Positions 12,830 through 19,875 of a stretch of DNA of 32,000 nt are shown here, piece by piece. This DNA comes from Pseudomonas aeruginosa (GTDB taxonomy: Bacteria > Pseudomonadota > Gammaproteobacteria > Pseudomonadales > Pseudomonadaceae). The stretch spans positions 2,730,001-2,762,000 of the forward strand of contig NZ_LN831024.1 in NCBI RefSeq assembly GCF_001457615.1, written 5' to 3'. The notes beneath the pieces are model-generated. The model saw only the letters and a list, made by a program, of their open reading frames with translations. It had not been told where the DNA came from and did not search any database. Each line of letters begins with the position of its first letter. Position 1 is the first letter of the stretch. The translations under genes and the position numbers were made by a program.

Positions 12830-13860
12830 GGAGAGCGCTCTTGAGCCTCGGTCACTCCCACTCGCACAGCCACCACGAGCATCATCACGATCACGATCAC
12901 GATCACGGCCATGGCGCACAGGCCGCGCCGCCCTGGCGCCGGCTGCTGGTCGCCGCGCTGCTGGTGCTGTTCGCCGTCGCCGCCGCTTGCCTGGTGCAGG
13001 TACGTTCCGGCGAGGCGATAGTCATCACCCGTTTCGGCAACCCGGCGCGGGTCCTGCTCGAACCGGGCCTGGCCTGGCGCCTGCCGTTGCCGTTCGAGAG
13101 CGCGATCCCGGTCGACCTGCGCCTGCGCACCACCTCCAGCGGCCTGCAGGACGTCGGCACCCGCGATGGCCTGCGGATCATCGTCCAGGCCTACGTGGCC
13201 TGGCAGGTCCAGGGCGACGCCGACAACGTGCAGCGCTTCATGCGCGCGGTGCGCAACCAGCCGGACGAGGCTGCCCGGCAGTTGCGCACCTTCGTCGGCT
13301 CGGCGCTGGAAACCACCGCCAGCGCCTATGACCTGGCCGACCTGGTGAATACCGAGGCGTCGCGGGTGCGTATCGGCGACTTCGAAGCGCGCCTGCGCGA
13401 ACAGATCGACCATCAGTTGCTGGCGACCTACGGGGTCAAGGTGGTGCAGGTCGGCATCGAGCGCCTGACCCTGCCCAAGGTGACCCTCGGCGCCACCGTC
13501 GACCGCATGCGCGCCGAGCGCGAGACCATCGCCACCGAGCGTACCGCCGAGGGCCGTCGCCAGGCCGCGGAGATCCGTTCGGCGGCGGAGCGCGACGCCC
13601 GGGTGATCCAGGCCGAGGCTTCGGTGAAAGCCGCGGAGGTCGAGGCCCAGGCACGGGTCGAGGCGGCGCGCATCTACGGCAAGGCCTACGCCGGTTCGCC
13701 GCAGCTATACAACCTGCTGCGCTCGCTGGACACCCTCGGCACCATCGTCAACGGCGATACCCGGCTGGTCTTGCGCACCGATGCCGCACCGTTCCGCGTG
13801 CTGGTCGACGGGCCGCCGGCGCTCCCCGCCGAAGCGCCGGCCAACGGGCGCCGGCCATGA
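12826..13860 (+). CDS. SPFH/HflC-like membrane protein with histidine-rich N-terminus
   Basis: 344 aa; MRRALLSLGHSHSHSHHEHHHDHDHDHGHG, one TM, then VRSGEAIVITRFGNPARVLLEPGLAWRLPLPFESAIPVDLR. ATGA overlap with the upstream gene. Confidence 0.9.
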   Translation: MRRALLSLGHSHSHSHHEHHHDHDHDHGHGAQAAPPWRRLLVAALLVLFAVAAACLVQVRSGEAIVITRFGNPARVLLEPGLAWRLPLPFESAIPVDLRLRTTSSGLQDVGTRDGLRIIVQAYVAWQVQGDADNVQRFMRAVRNQPDEAARQLRTFVGSALETTASAYDLADLVNTEASRVRIGDFEARLREQIDHQLLATYGVKVVQVGIERLTLPKVTLGATVDRMRAERETIATERTAEGRRQAAEIRSAAERDARVIQAEASVKAAEVEAQARVEAARIYGKAYAGSPQLYNLLRSLDTLGTIVNGDTRLVLRTDAAPFRVLVDGPPALPAEAPANGRRP

Positions 13861-14897
13861 GCGGCGAAGCGCACGAGGGGCTGCGCAGCCCCTGGCTGCA
13901 GGCCGGACGCCTGGCGTTCCTCGCACTGTTCGGCGTGACCCTCCTGGCGGCGCTGGCCTGGGCGTTTTCCAACGTCCGTCAGATCGGCCCGGAGAACCGC
14001 GCCGTAGTGCTGCGCCTGGGCGCGCTGGAGCGCCTGGCCGGTCCCGGCCTGCTGCTGGCCTGGCCGCAGCCGCTGGAGCAGGTGGTGCTGCTGCCGTCCG
14101 CCGAACAGGTGATCGAACGCCGCGTCGAGGGCCTGCTGCGTTCCGAGCAGGCGCGTCGCGCCGATCTCGACGTCAGCCTGTCCAGCGACGCGCTGGCCGG
14201 CTCCGGCTACCTGCTGACCGGCGACGCCGGGGTGGTGCAACTGGACGTGCGGGTGTTCTACAAGGTCGACGACCCGTACGCCTACGTCCTCCAGGGCGCC
14301 CACGTGCTGCCGGCGCTGGACCGGCTGGTGGCGCGCAACGCCGTGCAGGTCTGCGCCGCGCGCGACCTGGACACCATCCTGGTGGCGCGCCCGGAGTTGC
14401 TCGGCAACGACAGCGCGGTCGCCGAGCGCCGCGAACGCCTGCGCGGCGACCTGGTGCAGGGCATCAACCACAGCCTGGCGGCGTTGGCCGCGGCCGGCAG
14501 CGGGCTGGGCATCCAGGTGGTGCGGGTCGACGTGCAGTCGAGCCTGCCGCGCAATGCGGTAAGCGCCTTCAACGCGGTGCTGACCGCCAGCCAACTGGCC
14601 GAGCAGAACGTCGCCAAGGCGCGCACCGAGGCGGAGAAACTCACCCAGGCCGCCACCGAGGGGGCCGACCGCACCCTGCAGCTCGCCCGCGCCGAGGCCG
14701 GCGAACGGCTGGCCCAGGCGCGCCGCGACACCGCCAGCATCGTTGGCCTGGCCCCGGCGCTGGGCGCGACCGATGCCGGCCTGCTCTGGCACCTGTACCG
14801 CGAACGGGTGCCGGCGATCCTCGGCAAGGCCGGTTCGGTCGGCAGCGTCGATCCGCGCGACGATGGCCGCCTGATTCTGCAAGGTGGGCAGCCATGA
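13857..14897 (+). CDS. SPFH/HflK-like membrane protein
   Basis: 346 aa; VRQIGPENRAVVLRLGALERLAGPGLLLAWPQPLEQV; coiled-coil A/E/R-rich C-terminal part; ATGA overlap with the upstream gene. Confidence 0.88.
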   Translation: MSGEAHEGLRSPWLQAGRLAFLALFGVTLLAALAWAFSNVRQIGPENRAVVLRLGALERLAGPGLLLAWPQPLEQVVLLPSAEQVIERRVEGLLRSEQARRADLDVSLSSDALAGSGYLLTGDAGVVQLDVRVFYKVDDPYAYVLQGAHVLPALDRLVARNAVQVCAARDLDTILVARPELLGNDSAVAERRERLRGDLVQGINHSLAALAAAGSGLGIQVVRVDVQSSLPRNAVSAFNAVLTASQLAEQNVAKARTEAEKLTQAATEGADRTLQLARAEAGERLAQARRDTASIVGLAPALGATDAGLLWHLYRERVPAILGKAGSVGSVDPRDDGRLILQGGQP

Positions 14898-15050
14898 GCC
14901 GCTGCCCGACGGTGCCCTTCGCGGGCTGTGAAACAATGGACGGACAAGCGAACGTGAAACGGCTACCCTGCGTCGGCATCAACCTTCGGTACGCGCTTCC
15001 GCCAGCGGAACGCGGCGCCGAGTCGAACAACCAGGCGAACGGGACGGGCA

Positions 15051-15485
15051 ATGACGGCAGGCGGTATTCCATTCACGGGCAACGGTGCGCGGCTATCACC
15101 CGGCAGGGCCCTGCTGTGCGGGCTGGCGCTGTTGCTGTGCGGCGGCGAGGCGCTGGCGCGGCAGTTGCCGAGCGACATGCTGGTGGGCTTCGTGGCCAGC
15201 GCGCAGTACCCGGTCATCACCCTGAAGAAGCCCAAGCAGAGCCTGCTGCGCAGCGTGCTCACCCTGGGGCTGGGGAAGAAGACCGTCAGCTATTCGGTGG
15301 CGCCGTCGGTGCGCATCCGCACGGCGCAGAACCTGTTCATCGTCTATGGCCGCATGCCCCAGCTCAAGGGCAGTTTCGTCGGCCTGAAGAGCGACAACAA
15401 CGGGCAGGTCAAGCAGATCTGGGAGCTCACCGAGAAGGAAGCCCTGGACTACGTACGCCGGCCGGACGCGCGCTTCCCGCAATAG
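15051..15485 (+). CDS. Small exported protein
   Basis: 144 aa ORF; signal-peptide-like ALLCGLALLLCGGEALA-RQLPSDMLVGF; collinear with the cluster. Confidence 0.7.
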   Translation: MTAGGIPFTGNGARLSPGRALLCGLALLLCGGEALARQLPSDMLVGFVASAQYPVITLKKPKQSLLRSVLTLGLGKKTVSYSVAPSVRIRTAQNLFIVYGRMPQLKGSFVGLKSDNNGQVKQIWELTEKEALDYVRRPDARFPQ

Positions 15486-15513
15486 CCGCCGCGGCTCGCC
15501 CCGGGAGGTGCGC

Positions 15514-17499
15514 ATGAGCGAGCCGACCGCCCACGGCAGCCATGGCGGCTGCGCGCATCACCATCATCACCTGCCGTTCGGCGGCGGCCTGCTCAGCCGC
15601 GACGAGCAGCGCCGCGCCGCGCGCCAGCTGAGCCTGGCGATGCTCGCCCTCGGCCTGTTGCTGCTCGGCCTGGCCTGGCGCTGGCTGGCGGCGGACCAGG
15701 CCGGGGTCAGCCAGATCCTGCTCGGCGTCGCGTCGCTGCTGGTGGCGCTGCCGGTGGCCCGCTCGGCCTGGGACAGCCTGCGGCATCCGAGCCTGCACGG
15801 CGTCACCGACCAGTTGATCGCGCTGGCCATGCTCGGCGCCTGGGCCAGCGGCGACCTGCTGACCGCCGCGCTGCTGCCGATCATCATGATCTTCGGCCAC
15901 GTGCTGGAGGAGCGCAGCGTGATCGGCTCCCAGGAGGCCATCGCCGCCCTCGGCGAGCTGACCCGCAGCCATGCCCGGCGGATCGAGGCCGACGGCAGCC
16001 TGAGCGAGGTGGACAACGCCAGCCTGCGAGCGGGCGACCAGGTGGAAGTGCGCGCCGGCGACCGGGTTCCGGCCGACGGGCGGGTCCTGCAGGGCCAGGC
16101 CAGTCTCGACACCGCGCCGATCACCGGCGAGTCGGTGCCGCTCGAGGTGGCGCCGGGGATGGAGGTCTACGGCGGCGCGATCAACCTCGACGGCCTGCTG
16201 CGCATCGAGATAACCCGTACCGGCGAGGCCTCGACCCTGGGCAAGGTGATCGGCCTGATGCAGCAGGCCGAGCGCGCCAAGCCGCCGATCACCCGCCTGC
16301 TGGAGCGCTACGCCGGGCAGTACATGTTGCTGGTGTTGCTGATCGCCGCGGTCACCTGGTTCGTCACCAACGATGCCCAGGCCATGCTCGCCGTGCTGGT
16401 CGCCGCCTGTCCCTGCGCCCTGGTGCTGTCCGCCCCGGCCACGGCTATCGCCGGGATCGCCGTGGCCGCCCGTCATGGCATCCTGATCCGCAGCTCGGCC
16501 TTCCTCGAGGAACTGGCGGACCTGACTTCGCTGGTGGTCGACAAGACCGGCACCCTGACCCATGGCAGCCTGCGCCTGCAGGCGCTGCGCCTGGCCGATG
16601 CCGCCGAGGAGGCGTCGGTGCTGCGCCTGGCCGCTAGCCTCGGCGCCGCCAGCAGCCATCCGGTGAGCCGAGCGCTGGCAGCCCTGGCGGCGCACGATGC
16701 CTATCATCCATTGAGCGATATCCGCGAACGCCAGGGGTTCGGCGTGGTCGCACGAACAGCGGCGGGCGAAGCCGCCCTCGGCCGGCCCGAACTGTTCCAG
16801 CAACTGGGCATCGACGCCAGCGAGGTGCCGGAGCATGAGGGACCGATCGCCGGAATCGCCCTGGACGGGCGCTTCCTCGGCTGGCTGCTGCTGGCCGACA
16901 GCGTACGCGCGGAGGCCGCCGAGGCCCTGGCCGATCTGCGCGAACTGGGTCTGGGCCGGCAACTGTTGCTGACCGGCGATCGCCGGGCGGTGGCCGACGC
17001 CGTGGCCAAGCAGGTGGGGATTCGCCAACTGGTGGCGCAGGCGTTGCCGGAGGACAAGCTGCGCCAGGTCGGCGCGGAGATCGGCAGCGGTTTCCGGCCG
17101 ATGGTGGTCGGCGACGGCATCAACGATTCGCTGGCGCTGAAGGCCGGTGTGGTCGGGGTGGCAATGGGCGCCGGCGGCGCCGACATCGCCCTGGCCTCGG
17201 CGGATATCGTGCTGATCGGCAGCGACCTGCGCCGCCTCGGCACCTGCGTGCGGCTCAGCCGGCAATGCCGGCGGACCCTGCAGGTCAACGTGGCGATCGG
17301 CCTCGGCTGGACCCTGGCGATCGTCGCCGCGGCAGCCTTCGGCCTGCTCGGCGCGGCCGGGGCGATGGTCGCGGCGCTGCTGCACAACCTCAGCACCTTG
17401 CTGGTGCTGGGCAATGCCGGACGCCTGCTGCGTTTCGAGGAGCCCCTCGGGCAGCCCCGGCCGGCCGTGGAGGGACGCGAAGAGGAGGGTACACCGTGA
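15514..17499 (+). CDS. hmtA: P1B-type heavy-metal ATPase (HmtA-like)
   Basis: His-rich N-terminus HGSHGGCAHHHHH; TGES, AACPCALVLSAP, DKTGTLT, SSHPVSRAL, VVGDGINDSLAL motifs. Symbol rests on recalled gene order of the HmtA Cu/Zn importer; start could be GTG 15508. Confidence 0.88.
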   Translation: MSEPTAHGSHGGCAHHHHHLPFGGGLLSRDEQRRAARQLSLAMLALGLLLLGLAWRWLAADQAGVSQILLGVASLLVALPVARSAWDSLRHPSLHGVTDQLIALAMLGAWASGDLLTAALLPIIMIFGHVLEERSVIGSQEAIAALGELTRSHARRIEADGSLSEVDNASLRAGDQVEVRAGDRVPADGRVLQGQASLDTAPITGESVPLEVAPGMEVYGGAINLDGLLRIEITRTGEASTLGKVIGLMQQAERAKPPITRLLERYAGQYMLLVLLIAAVTWFVTNDAQAMLAVLVAACPCALVLSAPATAIAGIAVAARHGILIRSSAFLEELADLTSLVVDKTGTLTHGSLRLQALRLADAAEEASVLRLAASLGAASSHPVSRALAALAAHDAYHPLSDIRERQGFGVVARTAAGEAALGRPELFQQLGIDASEVPEHEGPIAGIALDGRFLGWLLLADSVRAEAAEALADLRELGLGRQLLLTGDRRAVADAVAKQVGIRQLVAQALPEDKLRQVGAEIGSGFRPMVVGDGINDSLALKAGVVGVAMGAGGADIALASADIVLIGSDLRRLGTCVRLSRQCRRTLQVNVAIGLGWTLAIVAAAAFGLLGAAGAMVAALLHNLSTLLVLGNAGRLLRFEEPLGQPRPAVEGREEEGTP

Positions 17500-18041
17500 G
17501 GCAGGCGCAAACGCGACGCAACGGCTGGCGCTGGCTGGCCCTGGCGGTCGGCACGCTGTCCGCGCTGAGCCTGGCCGAGGCGTCGATGGCGCGCTGGCCG
17601 GCGGGCTGGCAGGTCAGCGACCTGCCCGCCGCGCAGCCCGGCCAGGCCGGCGCCGGCCAGCGCCAGCGCGCGGTCAAGTTGCAGGCAGACGGCTCCCAGG
17701 CACTGGTGATGGAGGTGACGCGGATGCCCCTGCAGAGCGGGCAGGCAGTGAACCTGGAGAAAGTCCTCGGGCACATGCGCAAGCTGGTGCAGATCGAGTT
17801 CCTGCGCAACGGCCTGCAGACCGCCTGCACCTCGCCGCAGCCGTCCACCACCGGCGGGCTGGCGGCGCTGGAGACCACCTGCACCATTCGCCAGCGCGGC
17901 GCCGTGGTGATGAAGCAGACCTTGCTCGCCGCGGCCGGCAAGACCTCGGCCTATTCGCTGTCCTATGCCGGCCTGGCCGAGGCCTACGACGCCAGCCAGG
18001 CGGAAATCCGCGCGGTACGGGAAAGCCTGCGCTTCGAGTGA
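17496..18041 (+). CDS. Conserved exported protein
   Basis: 181 aa from GTG 17496, GTGA overlap with the ATPase stop; N-terminal hydrophobic signal LALAVGTLSALSLAEASMA. Confidence 0.75.
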   Translation: MRQAQTRRNGWRWLALAVGTLSALSLAEASMARWPAGWQVSDLPAAQPGQAGAGQRQRAVKLQADGSQALVMEVTRMPLQSGQAVNLEKVLGHMRKLVQIEFLRNGLQTACTSPQPSTTGGLAALETTCTIRQRGAVVMKQTLLAAAGKTSAYSLSYAGLAEAYDASQAEIRAVRESLRFE

Positions 18042-18079
18042 GCGAAATCGGACGCGGTCGGGGCGGGGGCTGGAGTGTC

Positions 18080-18158
18080 GGCGGATAACGCCTGCGGCGC
18101 TATTCGCCCTGCGGAGGGTCGCATTGGGGTAGGACGGATAACCGCTTGCGGTTATCCG
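18080..18158. repeat. Two adjacent REP-like hairpins between convergent genes
   Basis: GGCGGATAACGCC-tgc-GGCGCTATTCGCC (18080-18108, 11/13) and CGGATAACCGC-tt-GCGGTTATCCG (18135-18158, 11/11). Confidence 0.75.
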
Positions 18159-18176
18159 CCTTGCGTCTGTCGCGGA

Positions 18177-18446
18177 TCATTTCTTGCCGGTGTTCTGCAG
18201 GATCTGCAGGGCCTGGGTGGTGGCGGTGATGCAACCTTTGGTGTCGCCGCTGGCCTGGTCCTGCCTGGCCTTGGCCTGGAGTTCCTTGACCTCGGTGACC
18301 CGCGCACCGGTGACCGAGGTCTTGCCGCGCACGGCGAGGATATCGTCCAGCTTCTGCAGGTTGGCGCCGCACAGGTCGGTGCTTTCGGCGGCTTGGGCGG
18401 TGCCGCCGAGCAGGGCGGCGGCGATGAGCAGGGTACGCACGATCAT
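18177..18446 (-). CDS. Small exported protein
   Basis: 89 aa; MIVRTLLIAAALLGGTAQAAESTDLCGANLQKLDDILAVRGKTS...; signal peptide; two Cys in the mature part. Confidence 0.75.
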   Translation of the reverse strand: MIVRTLLIAAALLGGTAQAAESTDLCGANLQKLDDILAVRGKTSVTGARVTEVKELQAKARQDQASGDTKGCITATTQALQILQNTGKK

Positions 18447-18560
18447 GGCAGTTCTCCTTTGTGGGCCGAGTGGCCGGACGGGGGAGAGACGACAGGCTCC
18501 TGGGAGTCTTCTCCGCATGCCCAGTATCTGACCGGAGCCTCGCGGGAATGGTTCGGTCGC

Positions 18561-19475
18561 TCAGCCGTTGCCCCAGGGCGGGATCGACAGCGCCTGCTGG
18601 AGATGCTGGATGAACGCCTTGACCTTCGGCGACATCGCCGCCGCCCGCGAATACATCGCGTAGATCACGTCGTCGAGTGGGCGCAGGCCGGGCGCGGCGT
18701 CCACCAGGCGGCCGTTCTTGAGGTCCTCGGCGACGATGAACAGCGGCAGCAACGCCAGTCCCTGGCCGCGCAGGGCGGCGTCGCGCATGGCCTGGCCGTT
18801 GTTGCTGCTGAAGCGTCCGCGTGGCGAGACGGCACGGGGCTTGGCGCCGGGGAACGCCGGTTCGAAGGTCCAGACCTGGCTCGGCGTGGCGTTGTTGTAG
18901 CCCAGGCACTCGTGCTGCATCAGTTGTTCGAGGGTGTCCAGCGTGCCGTGGCGTTCCGCGTAGTCGGGGCTGCAGCAGACCACCCGCTGGCTGTTGGCCA
19001 GCGGCCGGGCGATCAGCGAACTGTCGTCCAGGCGGGTGACGCGGATGCTCAGGTCGTAGCCTTCCTTCTCGAAGTCGGTGAGGCGGTCGTCCATCTGCAG
19101 GACGATCTCCAGGCGCGGGTGCTGGCTCATGAAGTCGGCGATGATCGGCGACAGCCAGAGGGTGCCGAAGCTCATCGGGGTGACGATGCGCAATTCGCCG
19201 CACAGGTCGTTCTCGCGCAGGGCGACGATCTCCGCGGCGTTGTTGAGTTCCTGCAGCGAGGCCTTGGCGGCCTTGTAGAAGAAATGCCCGGCCTCGGTCG
19301 GCTCGACGTTGCGCGTGGTGCGGTAGAGCAGGCGGACGCCGAGGCGTCGTTCGAGATCGCTGACACGCTTGCTGATCACCGACTTGGACAGGCTCATGCG
19401 CTCGGCCGCCGACGTCACGCTGTTGAGTTCGGCGACGTTGAGGAAGGCTTCGATATCGTCGAAACGCAGGCTCAT
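18561..19475 (-). CDS. bexR: LysR-family transcriptional regulator, probable BexR
   Basis: MSLRFDDIEAFLNVAELNSVTSAAERMSLSKSVISKRVSDLERRLGVRLLYRTTRNVEPTEAG, complete LysR architecture; symbol from recalled gene order. Start could be 19487. Confidence 0.85.
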   Translation of the reverse strand: MSLRFDDIEAFLNVAELNSVTSAAERMSLSKSVISKRVSDLERRLGVRLLYRTTRNVEPTEAGHFFYKAAKASLQELNNAAEIVALRENDLCGELRIVTPMSFGTLWLSPIIADFMSQHPRLEIVLQMDDRLTDFEKEGYDLSIRVTRLDDSSLIARPLANSQRVVCCSPDYAERHGTLDTLEQLMQHECLGYNNATPSQVWTFEPAFPGAKPRAVSPRGRFSSNNGQAMRDAALRGQGLALLPLFIVAEDLKNGRLVDAAPGLRPLDDVIYAMYSRAAAMSPKVKAFIQHLQQALSIPPWGNG

Positions 19476-19553
19476 CGGTGGGCCCACGATACAGTGGCAA
19501 TCGCTCGACGCATTCTCGGCTCCTCCTGGTCGTTTTCCTTGGGCTTTCTATCC

Positions 19554-19592
19554 GCTTGATTCGCAAGCTAAATCGATCCAGCCTTGAGCAAG
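19554..19592. promoter_or_regulatory. Candidate LysR-type operator upstream of the bexR-like gene
   Basis: GCTTG-attcg-CAAGC (19554-19568) and CTTG-ag-CAAG (19583-19592), two related inverted repeats 28 bp apart. Confidence 0.35.
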
Positions 19593-19875
19593 CTTACCCA
19601 ATCGAAAGGCGCCGCAGCGTTCGTTCTCAGCGAAAACGGTTTTCGCCTGGACGCGCTACCGGGAAGGCTGTCGGGGCTTTTACCCTGTAGCCGCGACTCG
19701 TCGCTCCGTGGCCGACCGCACCTGCCCGCCCCCGTAGGCGGCCACGGATTTCCTTGCGCCTTCTAGACTGGAAGCGAACCCGCCGCATGAACCCCGAACG
19801 AGAAACCAGCATGTCGAGTCGCTTCATCGCCGCCTGGTCCGCGGCCAACCGTTGCCTGGAGGTGTGGGGCCGGGC

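Noticed and set aside
12888-12912. Short GATCAC tandem repeat considered as a CRISPR-like or regulatory array
   Set aside because: No spacers and only 6-nt units; it is the in-frame coding repeat of a His/Asp-rich tail.
13781-15517. 578-aa plus-strand ORF spanning the third SPFH gene and the following gap
   Set aside because: Out of frame with the SPFH gene and Arg/Pro/Gly-rich. An ATG at 14894 forms an ATGA overlap in this frame, but the product after it lacks a signal peptide or fold; the 15051-15485 frame has a clean signal peptide.
15427-17385. 652-aa minus-strand ORF opposite the P1B ATPase
   Set aside because: All P-type ATPase motifs are on the plus strand; this is a compositional artefact.
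18075-19559. 494-aa plus-strand ORF opposite the LysR regulator
   Set aside because: The antisense LysR gene has a complete, conserved HTH and effector domain.
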